Shown one piece after another: positions 16,484 through 32,149 of a stretch of 64,000 nucleotides of DNA. Below the pieces are notes generated by a model that saw nothing but the letters and a program-made list of their open reading frames with translations, ran no database searches and was not told the DNA's origin. The translations under genes were made by a program, and so were the position numbers. Source of the DNA: Eledone cirrhosa (Eukaryota); the NCBI GenBank assembly GCA_964016885.1, contig OZ024740.1, positions 302,684,001-302,748,000 of the forward strand. Reading direction: 5' to 3'. Every line of letters starts with the position of its first letter. Position 1 is the first letter of the stretch.

Positions 16484-17319
16484 AGGCTCCCTGTAGTGTT
16501 TGTGTTTGCTATTGTTAAGTACATTTGACCTCTACCATTATTTCGGTAGTGTTGTTGGTGTTGTGATCAGCTTATGTCTTGCTGTTGCTGACAATTTAGA
16601 AGTATCTGTGTGTGTTTTTTCTTCATCCCTTCTGCCACCATCTCCCGTAGTTGTGGTGGGGGGGGGGGGGGTTCTTCCATGTACATGAAGAAATATAAGG
16701 CAATAAATGAAGAAAACAGAAAATAAATAATAAATAGAGAATAAAGAATAAACGAAAAATTGGTGAAAAAGTAATGAAATGAATATGGAGAAGTGAAAAA
16801 TAAAATGAAGATTCAAATAAAGTAGGATAAAGTGTGTGTGTGCTATAACCAATCTCAAGGTCAGAAATATGTTGGATAGATTTGTATGTTAAAATGATAA
16901 TAAAAGAATAAGATAATCAAACAAAATGTGTTTGTGTTAAAATCAATCTCAGCTTAAAAATAGATATAAAGATGATACAGTGAAGAGGACAGAAAACAAA
17001 TAACAAATTAATAAAGAGAAATCAAGATTTACAATTGGAATTTGAAAATCAGAAATCAAGTAAATTAAAATGTGTTTGTGTTATATAGATGTTGGCCAAA
17101 TTATAATGGCTGTGTCCGATTCAATCTCTAGGCTATCATGGTGTCTGCTCAGCCTGGGTTGTTCCCTATGGCTTGAGGGGAGTTCTCAACCTAGGGTGTT
17201 GTTACTGCTCATATAGCTTGAGGGAGGTCTGGCCGAGAGGTGCCTACATGTTCTGGATAAGTCCCTATTGCTTGAGGGGTGTTCACATCTTCTTGTGTTG
17301 CTACTGTCCATATATCTAA

Positions 17320-17545
17320 GGTGTATGCATGTCCCGAAGAAGTCGGTTCTGAGGTTTATCAGGCCGCTTCCACCTCTTAGTATCTCGAGGGTCTCGTTCA
17401 GGCATAGTTTGCATATGCAAGATCCCCCTTTATCGGGTGGTACTTTCCTGATTATGTACCAGGCCAGAGAGTACGGGGTCCTGTCCAGCTTAAGCTCCAG
17501 ATCAGGTCGGAGAGAGCCGTGCTTTTCCTTTAGGCCTCCTTATTG
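17320..17545 (-). pseudogene. GIY-YIG C-terminal fragment of a GC-richer Naiad-like PLE (family 3)
   Basis: Manual translation with frameshifts: RKSTALSDLIW.LKLDRTPYSLAWYIIRK..ICKLCLNETLEIL..LINLRTDFFGTCIH. Confidence 0.75.
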
Positions 17546-17546
17546 A

Positions 17547-18270
17547 ATGAAGAACCTTGTATACGGTTGTAGGGTTAAAACCCCCAACTCCGAACACCTC
17601 TACATAGGAGCCACATCAACGAGCTTTAAAGACCGCTGGTACAACCATCGCCATTCATTCAATAAGGAGGCCAAAAGGAAAAGCAGAGCAGAAACGAGTA
17701 GGCACCATGTGCCCGACACCACCACACGGGCGTTGGTAACTAGTACGCTTAACTACGAGATGAAACCCAATATGAGTAGCAGCCACAGGGGTGACGCTAA
17801 CAACCCCAGGACCTACGACCCCAACCGCAGGACACGTAGGTGCGGTGGAAACGGGGGACCACCCCACGATAGATCCCCCAGCGCGGGCAACGACCACCCC
17901 ACAGATTGGTTGCCGTGAAGATAACAAAAAGCATAGCGCCCAAAGGGGAAGCAAAAGTGCGGGAACCACCAGCAACCCAACAAATCTCCAACAAATCACG
18001 ACGCCCCCGACCCACACATATAGGAGGAGACACAGAAAAATCACGTGGTACAACCCACCCTACTCATCGGCCCTAAAGAACAGCTTGGCCCGATCATTCT
18101 TTGGAGCACTTGATAAATGCTTCCCGAGGGACCATAGATACCACAGGATCTTCAACAGACACACTGTGAAGCTCTCGTATTCAACCACGAGAAATCTGGC
18201 CCAACACATAGCTAGCATCAACAGAAGTAGGCTTAAAAACCACACACAACCAGAAGATGGCAATACAAGC
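17547..18270 (+). pseudogene. Scrambled family 3 PLE fragments: GIY-YIG N-half followed by RT linker/thumb
   Basis: NLVYGC..LYIGATSTSFKDRWYNH (17547-17685); RKITWYNPPYS..FNRHTVKLSYSTTRNL (18030-18240). Confidence 0.8.
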
Positions 18271-18504
18271 ACTCAACAGAACCATTGTTCAATTGGTCAA
18301 ATATAGATTAAAAAAGGTACTCCCAAAAATTCTTATTTAGATAAAATAAGCCAAATACTCATTGTATTCTCATTAAAAAACCTTCTATATACCTCTTTAC
18401 CAGTAAATTGAATTGCCATCTGTCATATACTATCCCCTCTCTTCTTCCTTTCTTACAACTAATATAAATACTTCAATTTTTCTGATTTTTTTCCAATTTA
18501 TCCA

Positions 18505-18625
18505 ATATCTCTGAAGGAGTGACAACTGATTATACATTTGCTATCGAATACTTGTTAACATTATATGATTACGCAAGCAGCGATACATAGGTATTCCGTC
18601 AGTTACAGAAACATATGTCAATACC
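18505..18625 (+). ncRNA. Degenerate long-stem-II HHR-like motif
   Basis: CTGAAGG 18511; aactga/tcagtt; GAAA catatg TC at 18608-19. Stem I does not pair well. Confidence 0.35.
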
Positions 18626-18776
18626 TAATAAATTCCTTTATAAAAGCACTTTCACTTTATATTCATCTTTTCTACATTTCTCCGGAATATAATTTATACT
18701 CGTTGAGCAAACCTACACGTACGCTGTTCATCTCTAACGTGACGATATATTATCACTACATTATTCATAACTTGAA

Positions 18777-18834
<58 letters not shown>

Positions 18835-18856
18835 ATATATATTGATATATATATAT

Positions 18857-18902
<46 letters not shown>

Positions 18903-18904
18903 AT

Positions 18905-20020
18905 ATAGCGGCGATGAATTAGTTTTGCGAGCTTTTTTTATATGAAATCGTGTGTCGAAACAAATATTGTTATACTTGGGGAGGGTCATATTTGTGTAAT
19001 ATTGCCAGAATTAATAGCAGAAAACACTCACTGTTTGGTTGGTTTTCGCTTCTCGCTTCTGTGTCCTTTATATCGGTAATCTAAATTACTCGGTCCTCAA
19101 TGTTGCCATTGACTGACCGACGGTCAGAATTAATACAGATACAATATAGACACAAACACATATATATAGTTTATCATAAATCTTTCGTTGCACATCTGCA
19201 ACATCGTCAGTGGTGCTATCTTTTCCTCCTGTTGTATTGTATGTCTACGCCATTTTTATTCAGTCTGTCTATATATTTATTTAATTATTTGCTTGTTTGT
19301 TTATTTTATTTTGTCTTCTTTGCGCATGCGTCTTTGCGTGTGTGTATAGTGTGTTGTTTGCCGTGTGATGGGTGACTAGTGTGTGTTTATGTGCTTGTTG
19401 TTATTGTGCTTTATTTATTTATTTATTTATTTATTTTATTTTATTTACTTATTTATACTTCACTTACCCTTTTAAGAAAACCCACTGTACCAATAGGAAA
19501 TGTATCATATGTAAGGTAAACCCCGGATAAACTGTAAAACTAGAAACGTAGTCTATAGCATAAGATGTACAGAGGGTACTTGCAGAAACATGACAACAAC
19601 ATACATAGGTGAGACAGCTCGTAACATATGTGAAAGGATAGACCAACACCGGGGGGAACTAAAAGGACGAAAAAATGGGTCAGTACTATACAAACATGCT
19701 AGACAACAACATGACGGTAACATAGACAACATAGAAATTAGAATAATATCTAAACATAGAAATGACCCAGCAGATAGGCAAATCAGAGAGGCCAGTCAAA
19801 TAGAAATTAGAAGACCAAGACTAAACGGAAAGAATGAATGGAATAACAACAACACCCAAACAAACAACACTGACTTAAGAGAAGTATAAATAAGTAAATA
19901 AAATAAAATAAATAAATAAAGCACAATAACAACAAGCACATAAACACACACTAGTCACCCATGACACGGCAAACAAAACACTATACACAAACGCATGCGC
20001 AAAGAAGACAAAATAAAATA
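18905..20020. mobile_element. Fold-back insertion of a Neptune-like PLE 3' end
   Basis: Inverted arms ~19300-19462/19880-20020; HHR-like motif on - at 19172-19215 (CTGACGA t-gttgca-gatg-tgcaac GAAA); endonuclease fragment inside. Confidence 0.75.
19485..19889 (+). pseudogene. GIY-YIG endonuclease with CxxC linker (Neptune-like PLE)
   Basis: C..KCIIC..NCKTRNVVYSIRC..C..YIGETAR..R..QH..RQIREA..LNGKNEW. The clade is inferred. Confidence 0.75.
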
Positions 20021-20029
20021 TATATATAT

Positions 20030-20069
<40 letters not shown>

Positions 20070-20189
20070 ATATTGATATATATATATATTGATATATATA
20101 TATATATATTGATATTGATATATATATATTGATATTGATATATATTGATATATATATATATATTGATATTGATATATATTGATATATAT

Positions 20190-20230
<41 letters not shown>

Positions 20231-20699
20231 ATTAAATAAATGGAAAACTATATTTATAAAACCATATTTATTTCATTATATATATTTCGGGGATATCATA
20301 TTAACAATATGCTATGCCTTCATCAGACAAAATACAATATAAACAGTTTTATAGATAAATATATTCGACATACCGTAATAAACATCAACTTCATTTGGAG
20401 AGGTTTATGCTAGCAGTGAAAATACAGAGAGAAAGAAAGAGAGAAAGAAAAGAGGGAAAAAAGAAAGAAAGAAAGACAGAACGAAGAGAAGGAAGAAAAA
20501 GAAAAAGAAGAAAAAAGAAAAAGAAGAAATGCATGGAACAAAATAGAGAGATGGAAAAATAGATAAAGCGAAGAGCTTCATGTAAAGAGACAGAAAGAGA
20601 TATATATATATAGAGAGAGGAAATAGAGATAGATACATATATATATATAGAAAATTAGGTAGTGGGAGGTCATTTTGAGTAAGTGTATCAATGATACAT

Positions 20700-20738
<39 letters not shown>

Positions 20739-21359
20739 GCTCAAGTATTAATGTAAGGGAGAAATATAGAGAGATATAGAGAGATATAGAGAGAGAAAAA
20801 ATTTTTAAATAGCCAGACATATTCGAGGCGTAGAAAACCCTATGTTTTAATGTATTAGTATTTATAAAACTTACACTACACTATACTGTAAATATCAGTA
20901 TTCCTGAATGAAACAAGTATTCACAATGTGTGAAAATTCATTATCTTATGTTTAGTTTTAAAAAATTCATATGTTTATGTGACAGCTACAAACATCAATG
21001 TGAATCCAACTGATTCACTCCGCAAATTCTAAGTTACCGGAAAACATTCTCAATGTGGTATAAAAATTTGAGCATATTATTATTCTTGCGATTACTCTAC
21101 AAGATTATCTATCAAGCAGAAATTTTGTAATTTGTTTACATTTTCTATTTAGTTCAGGGTTATTATTATTAATAAGTAAAAGCATGTCATCCCTATATAA
21201 ACCTCCGGTAGTACCGGGTATTTTCCTATGTAGCGAATTGATTAAAAATAAGCCCACAAGGTCAGTTACCTGAGCTGAGTCGGAAGATCCCATAGTTATG
21301 TCAAAATTGCTATCTCTATCTGCTCTGGTCCATAATTTGTCATTAAATTCTATCAAAGG

Positions 21360-22638
21360 ACCAGAGCAGATAGAGATAGCAATTTTGACATAACTATGGG
21401 ATCTTCCGACTCAGCTCAGGTAACTGACCTTGTGGGCTTATTTTTAATCAATTCGCTACATAGGAAAATACCCGATACTACCGGAAGTTTATATAGGGAT
21501 GACATGCTTTTACTTATTAATAATAATAACCCTGAACTAAATAGAAAATGTAAACAAATTACAAAATTTTTTAATTACTTTAACCTTAAAATAGAAATTG
21601 AGAACAACCATAGAATAGTCAATTTCCTAGATATAACATTAAATCTCAACACATGTCTCCACTATCCTTTTCACAAGTTGAATGAAAACTTAAACTATGT
21701 CAACTTTAACTCTAACCACCCCAGATCTGTCAAAAACACTATAGTAAACTCAGTCCAAAAACGTATCTCTAGGATCTCGTCGAATAGAAAGATTTTTGAC
21801 GAAAAGGCCCAATACTATAATGATGCACTAGCTAGGGCAGGGTATGCTGATAAGATTGTGTACATAGATAATGATAGACAAACTAAACAAAGTAACCGGC
21901 AACAACATTAACAACTATAATAGAAAGCATTACAATAATTCCAAAGGACAAAAAAGAAATAGAACTAGGAACATAATTTGGTTTGCCCCCCCTTTCTCAC
22001 TAAACATTAAAACCCACATCGCTAAATTATTTTTCAAAGCTCTTGATAATCGCTTCCCTAGAACACATAGGTATCACTCAATCTTCAATAGGCATACAAT
22101 TAAATTAACCTACTCATCCACCAAAAATTTAGCACAAAATATTAATAGAATAAATAATAGGAACTTAAAACCTACTGATAATAGCATAAATAATATACAA
22201 GTTAACAAATGTAACTGTAGAGATAGATCTAAATGTCCGTTAAATAACAACTGCTTAGTTAAAAATATAGTATACAATTGTAATGTTAATACTGACTCTA
22301 ATTCTTTTAACTACGTCGGTTCCACATCGACGGAATTTAAACTTCGCTATAATAACCACAAGAATTCTTTCACAGATCCAAATAAAAAATCTTCAACGGC
22401 ACTATCAGGGGTACTCTGGCAACTTAAGCTAGATAACGTTAGATATTCGACGGCTTGGAATATAGTCTCAAGAGGGATTCCTTTTAATTCATCCTCTGAG
22501 ACATGTGACCTCTGCGCAGAGGAGATATTCTTTATACTAAAATCTAAAAATTCCCTTAACCTACGGACAAATTTATTCAGTTGTTGCAAGCATAGATTAA
22601 ACTCAACGTTTAAATATAAATTTAAATTTAAAATGTAG
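21360..22638 (+). pseudogene. PLE RT C-half + GIY-YIG, frameshift near 21870-21910
   Basis: TMGSSDSAQVTD, LYRDDML, FLDITL, WFAPPF, CNCR..CPL..C, YVGST..FKLRYNNH, CDLC. Confidence 0.88.
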
Positions 22639-24067
22639 TATATTTAGTTTGATTTATATTTATATGAGAACTAGCCGATAAATCTTTTGATTCCTAAATC
22701 TTGGATTCCCTCTTTTTACTCTTTTTATTGTTTAAATTATTTTATTTATTTTTATTTTTATTTTTATCTAAACATGAAAAATTAAGCTACCCTAAAAGCC
22801 GATGCTCCAAATTTTTTGAATTAACCTTACACTAGATAAACTTCTATATTAAATATAGGAACATATGTAGACATTATTGGACATCATAATCTTTTTTGCG
22901 ATATTCTTTGCTAGATGTGATTTGATAGATAATTTTTGGCTTTGTCTTGTAATGAACTTGGCAATATATTGTCAATTAACTTTGAAGGGTTGTTCTTTGT
23001 GGTTTATTTTCATTTTTATTTTTATTTTTATTTTTATCTTTATTCTTTTAGTATTGTAGTATTCTATAATATTTTTATTTTTATTTTATTTTTAATATTT
23101 TTATATGTAAATTTTTAATACGTAATATTTTTTAATACGTATTTTTAATATGCAATATTTTTATTATGTAATATTCTTTCGTAATATCTTTTTAGTTTTC
23201 TATTCTATATTTTTATATATTTTTACTTATTATTATTATTATTGTTATCTTTGTTTATAATATAATATATATTTTCGATTAGTATATTGAAATCTGCTCT
23301 CTATTTCTGCTTGATAGATAATCTTGTAGAGTAATCGCAAGAATAATAATATGCTCAAATTTTTATACCACATTGAGAATGTTTTCCGGTAACTTAGAAT
23401 TTGCGGAGTGAATCAGTTGGATTCACATTGATGTTTGTAGCTGTCACATAAACATATGAATTTTTTTAAACTAAACATAAGATAATGAATTTTCACACAT
23501 TGTGAATACTTGTTTCATTCAGGAATACTGATATTTACAGTATAGTGTAGTGTAAGTTTTATAAATACTAATACATTAAAACATAGGGTTTTCTACGCCT
23601 CGAATATGTCTGGCTATTTTAAAATTTTTTCTCTCTCTATATCTCTCTATATCTCTCTATATTTCTCCCTTACATTAATACTTGAGCTAAATAAATAAAT
23701 AAATGTATCATTGATACACTTACTCAAAATGACCTCCCACTACCTAATTTTCTATATATATATATGTATCTATCTCTATTTCCTCTCTCTATATATATAT
23801 ATCTCTTTCTGTCTCTTTACATGAAGCTCTTCGCTTTATCTATTTTTCCATCTCTCTATTTTGTTCCATGCATTTCTTCTTTTTCTTTTTTCTTCTTTTT
23901 CTTTTTCTTCCTTCTCTTCGTTCTGTCTTTCTTTCTTTCTTTTTTCCCTCTTTTCTTTCTCTCTTTCTTTCTCTCTGTATTTTCACTGCTAGCATAAACC
24001 TCTCCAAATGAAGTTGATGTTTATTACGGTATGTCGAATATATTTATCTATAAAACTGTTTATATTG

Positions 24068-24133
24068 TATTTTGTCTGATGAGGGCATAGCATATTGTTA
24101 ATATGATATCCCCGAAATATATATAATGAAATA
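24068..24133 (+). ncRNA. Type I HHR in the family 2 pLTR
   Basis: tattttgt CTGATGA ggg...cccc GAAA tatata TA atgaaata. Confidence 0.78.
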
Positions 24134-24430
24134 AATATGGTTTTATAAATATAGTTTTCCATTTATTTAATATTGTAAATATACTCCAAATATTTGTCGA
24201 GTGCTTTTATATCAGTTATAAATATTTACTAGTTGTAACCCAACAATTTTAAATATAACTTTACATATATATATATATATATTGATATATATATATATTG
24301 ATATATATATATATTGATATATATATATATTGATATATATATATAGAGATATATATATATATTGATATATATATATATATATTGATATATATATATATAT
24401 ATATTGATATATATATATATATATATATAT

Positions 24431-24464
<34 letters not shown>

Positions 24465-24584
24465 ATATATATATATATATATATATATATTGATATATAT
24501 ATATATTGATATATATATATATATATTGATATATATATATATATTGATATATATATATATATATATATTGACATATATATATAT

Positions 24585-25771
24585 GATAAAGAACACAAGA
24601 GCGTCTACAACATCAAAAGATTTTTATTGGCTTACAATGTTTCTTCCTTACGTAACCGTAGGTTTCGTCAGAGCTATAAAAGGGGTTTGATTGGTGTTAT
24701 GGACTCTACCAACCAAACATTCAAGAACAAAGAGTAAAGAGAGTAAAGAGCAAAAGTAGGGGACGATAAGTCTAATTTTGGTGCGGGAGGGTGGGGTGTG
24801 GGTCCTTGTTTACTAGCTGCGGTCATATTCATTTCCGGGAGTCGAGTGGTTAGCCGAACCATAGATGGGGTGGCGTCGATAGTATGGTGCAGAGGGTGTG
24901 CAGAGGCTACACAAACACAAAGGGCATACAATATATATATATATAACGGAGGAGAAAGTACATGAGGTAATTAGAAATGGAAAAAGAGTAATAATAATAA
25001 TCTATAATTAATAATGTATAATAAGGCATGGGGAAGATTACACTATAATAAGGTATAAAAGTAAGAATAAGGTAAAATATAAAGGAAGATAAAAGTGGAA
25101 ATAATAAAGATAAAAAATATATATGTAAAAAATATATAGAGAATATATAAAGAAATATAAGCGAGTATTTGGAGGGGAAAACACAATGTAAAAAAACCGA
25201 TTTTTTCAAATAAAAATTAAAATATTATAATTATGGGGGGAGAAAACGGGATAGAGAAATATGATCAAATGTGATTCGTTGAGAGAATATAAGATGATAA
25301 TAGTTATGTCAAGTTTATACATCTTAATAATAAATAATCTGTGTATCAGAGTTACAGAACCTTCAATTCACTTACAGGTTCAAGCCACGTGGCATAGTCC
25401 ATTGTTTATCTGTGCGGTCATGCGCGTTTGTTTTTGACACCACAGCAGATGCACAAGTTCGTAAATTCCAATGCAGGTAGAAATCTATTTTTGCTCACCC
25501 AGACATTGACGGAGGATCCAATATTCCTAGTTCAATATGTGTGTGGTGTTATTTTGGTCGCACAAATCAATCACTTGGAGTATGGTTTTCTGGTCTTCGT
25601 AACAGTGTCAGTGGTTGTATATCTCGAAATCACCAGGATCACAGTACTCCGGTTTGTTGTGATTATCGGTCATCCAGCTATTTTGTTGGTGGTTGGATTC
25701 AATTCTATTATTATGCTGCCAATACCTTAATGGGACACGGGTATACAATACCTAACTCCTATTAACCTAAG

Positions 25772-25775
<4 letters not shown>
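24585..25775 (-). mobile_element. Probable PLE 3' fragment with terminal HHR (24622-24681)
   Basis: Sense: ttttatagct CTGACGA aa-cctacg-gtta-cgtaagg-aa GAAA cattg TA agccaataaaa; flanked by (AT)n. No clear ORF. Confidence 0.6.
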
Positions 25776-25832
<57 letters not shown>

Positions 25833-26042
25833 ATATATATATATATATGTATATATTGATATATATATATATATATATATATATTGGTATATATATATAT
25901 ATATTGATATATATATATATATATATAGATAGATATATTGATATATATATATATATATTGATATATATATATATATATTGATATATATATATATATATTG
26001 ATATATATATATATATATTGATATATATATATATATATATTG

Positions 26043-26472
26043 ATATAATATATAAGATCAAAAGATGGTTAAATGAGTTCCATGTATTTTATTATGCGCA
26101 TTTCAAAGACAAATATGAATCATGCAATAACATTTGTGTTTTTATCAGATAAAATAGGAGGACATGATATGAAGGTTAAAAAACACTTGTGGATAGTGCA
26201 GTTTTAAATCAACATATGTTGATTTAAAACTGCACTATCCACAAGTGTTTTTTAACCTTCATATCATGTCCTCCTATTTTATCTGATGAAAACACAAATG
26301 TTATTGCATGATTCATATTTGTCTTTGAAATGCGCATAATAAAATACATAGAACTCATTTAACCATCTTTTGATCTTATATATTATGTATACTCCAGTCC
26401 TACAAATTGTAGAGTGCTTCTTATCCGATATCTGCATTGCTTTAGTGTACTACAATAAAACTCACCTCCTAC
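26043..26472. mobile_element. Near-perfect fold-back (170-bp arms, centre 26215/26216) of an HHR terminal element (family D)
   Basis: HHR 26275-26346: tattttat CTGATGA..GAAA tgcgca TA ataaaata. The mirrored copy has CTGATAA. Confidence 0.85.
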
Positions 26473-28822
<2,350 letters not shown>

Positions 28823-28905
28823 TATATATATATATATATATATACATATATATATACATATATATATATATATTGATATATATATATATTGATATATATA
28901 TATAT

Positions 28906-28972
<67 letters not shown>

Positions 28973-29000
28973 TATATACATATATATATATATTGATATA

Positions 29001-29042
<42 letters not shown>

Positions 29043-29072
29043 CATATATACATATATATATATATTGATATA

Positions 29073-29143
<71 letters not shown>

Positions 29144-29171
29144 ATATATATATATATATATATATATATAT

Positions 29172-29255
<84 letters not shown>

Positions 29256-29273
29256 ATATATATATATATATAT

Positions 29274-29383
<110 letters not shown>

Positions 29384-29461
29384 ATATATATATATATATA
29401 TATATATATTGATATATATATATATATTGATATATATATTGATATATATATATATATATAT

Positions 29462-29516
<55 letters not shown>

Positions 29517-29519
<3 letters not shown>

Positions 29520-29889
29520 CGTTTCTGAATTTGTTTAGCAAGATTCTTTATCTGAAATTTTGTTTTGAAACCGATATTGTTATACTTTGGGAGGGTCATG
29601 TTGCCAATAAGAAACACACGCACCAGTAGCTTTCACTTCAACTTATAATAAATTTATAAATTTAGGAATTTATAAATCTATAAATTTCTGGTTGGTTGGT
29701 TGGTTCCACAACCAGATAATTGTTTATATACTGTCAAAGTTCTTTTGTCACACATTCTGTGACCTCATCAGTGACTGGGGATTCTTTTCTTTGTTTTTGT
29801 GCCTCTCCTTTGTTCTGTCCTACGCCATTTTGTTTCTGTGTGTGTGTTGTGTGCTCAGTCTGCGCATGCGCCACATCCGAGTTTATATG

Positions 29890-29890
<1 letters not shown>
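29517..29890 (-). mobile_element. PLE terminal fragment with mutated HHR (29731-29777)
   Basis: Reverse homolog of 8862-9120; CTGATGA ggtcaca..tgtgac AAAA. Confidence 0.72.
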
Positions 29891-29944
<54 letters not shown>

Positions 29945-29948
<4 letters not shown>

Positions 29949-30730
29949 ATATCAACAAATGGAAACTATATTTATAATACAATATTTATTTCATTATATA
30001 TATTTCAAGGACACCAAAGCAAATTATGGTGCGCTTTCATCAGATAAAATATAATATAGATCAGTTTTATTAACAAATATTGACATACCCTTAAAGAATG
30101 CAACCATGTCGATTGGAAGCTCCCGGATAGTGGGGTTACTAATTTTATTATTGGTCTATTATGCAAATTAGTGTCGGAAAGGTTTAAATCCCTTACATTT
30201 AAATTAAGCCGTTGGAATAGGGAAAAAAGGAATAAGAAAGAACGAAAGAAAAACAAAAGAAAAGAAAGAGAAATAGAGATGAAATTTCGTTTCAATTTTT
30301 CCGTTTATCGTTTACGGTGCACCCGGCCGATTAACCCACTCGATATGCAAATTGGTTTACTTAGCCGTTAATATGCAAAAGGAAAGTATATACTTTCGGA
30401 GGTTCAACTATCTGGCAGGAAGGTATACGTTGCTAACGATAGCTAACAATCTTGAAACTAGTACAGCGTTCCTTTGTCAGTGTTGAACAAACGAGCAACG
30501 GTGGTTGCTAGACACTATGGCTTAATACGGGATGTTGTTTACAAACACACCGAGAATTATAATAAATGTTTGGTGAATCCATACGTACATATATGTGTGC
30601 ATGTATGTATATATATATACATACTACTGTACGTCTGTATACATATATGTATGTACGTATACATACTTATATTTAAGTAACAACCGTACTAAGAGTGGAA
30701 AATGAAATTTCGTTTCATTTTTTCCGCTTA
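29945..30730. mobile_element. Chimeric two-tailed insertion: family-2-like pLTR (-, HHR 29987-30051) joined to a family B2 unit (+, mutated HHR 30427-30469)
   Basis: The left arm resembles 20226-20380; the right arm matches 7330-7640 and 15740-16200 (reverse). Confidence 0.75.
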
Positions 30731-30870
30731 TATATATATATTTATATATATATATATTTATATATATGTATATATTTATTTAAATATATATATATATACA
30801 TATATATTTAAATATATATATATTTATATATATTTAAATATATATATATATTTATATATATATATATTTA

Positions 30871-31478
30871 GATATTAAAAAAAAAAAATTTTATTTTTTT
30901 TTATTTTTTATATTCTTATTTTACGTCTTTTATATTATTGTTCTGCATCCTCCTGCATTGAACCACCTAGGTACTATGACATAACCTTTGTATTTGCTGG
31001 CATTAGCGTACATTTGTGCGCGCTTATGTTAGTAGATATATTAAATTATCTATATTTATCTCCAAATCACTGATTTGTCGAGCAAACCTGCCAAAACCAC
31101 TTCTAAATTTTTTGGGGGTGTTAGTAGGTGTCTGTCATCTTACCATCCCATTCCTACTGATTAGCCTCTGTGTCACGTGATTGATTCTTTAGAATCGGCC
31201 ATATGACCAGTGGCAGTGAGAATTTTCAGTGCCTGGAATCCAGTCCTCGATAGCTGTTCCATTTACCGAATTATTATTATTTTTATATGAGTCCCCAGTG
31301 TCCGCGCCGTGCCTGGAGACTTGGCTGAGAATAGATCTCCCTGATGACGCAATGACATTCTCAATAGTTCATTACGTAACTGTCTTTATCATATTGCAGA
31401 AACTAATTAGTTGGAGTGAAAATTTAAGTAAGTTAATTTAAAAAAATTTTTTTTTTTTTTTAATTTTCTTATTTTACG

Positions 31479-31487
<9 letters not shown>
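30871..31487 (+). mobile_element. Family C HHR unit (~553 bp, 1.1 copies) in a different circular permutation
   Basis: ttcttattttacgtcttttata at ~30913 and ~31466; HHR 31337-31416. Confidence 0.82.
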
Positions 31488-31549
<62 letters not shown>

Positions 31550-31559
31550 AATATATATA

Positions 31560-31601
<42 letters not shown>

Positions 31602-31611
31602 AATATATATA

Positions 31612-31685
<74 letters not shown>

Positions 31686-31695
31686 AATATATATA

Positions 31696-31746
<51 letters not shown>

Positions 31747-31765
31747 ATTTAAATATATATATATT

Positions 31766-31819
<54 letters not shown>

Positions 31820-31896
31820 TAAATGTAAGTATGTGTGTATACTAAGAGTGAGAAATGGAATTTCGTTTTCATTTTATTTCAACTTATATATATATT

Positions 31897-31933
<37 letters not shown>

Positions 31934-32059
31934 ATATATTTATATATTGATATATATATATATATATTGATATATATATATATATTTATATATTGATATA
32001 TATATATATTTATATATTGATATATATATATATATATATATATATTGATATATATATAT

Positions 32060-32101
<42 letters not shown>

Positions 32102-32115
32102 ATATATATATATTG

Positions 32116-32147
<32 letters not shown>

Positions 32148-32149
32148 AT

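Larger units (their letters stand above)
20226..24262 (+). mobile_element. 5'-truncated Naiad-like PLE (family 2) with ~0.9-kb inverted pLTR
   Basis: 20226-21120 is the reverse complement of ~23305-24177; 21120-21330 is the reverse complement of ~21360-21570; RT/EN inside; HHRs at 24068-24133 (+) and 20269-20334 (-). Confidence 0.9.

Noticed and set aside
25380-25770. Possible degenerate endonuclease coding remnant
   Set aside because: No convincing GIY-YIG or RT motifs could be read in any frame.
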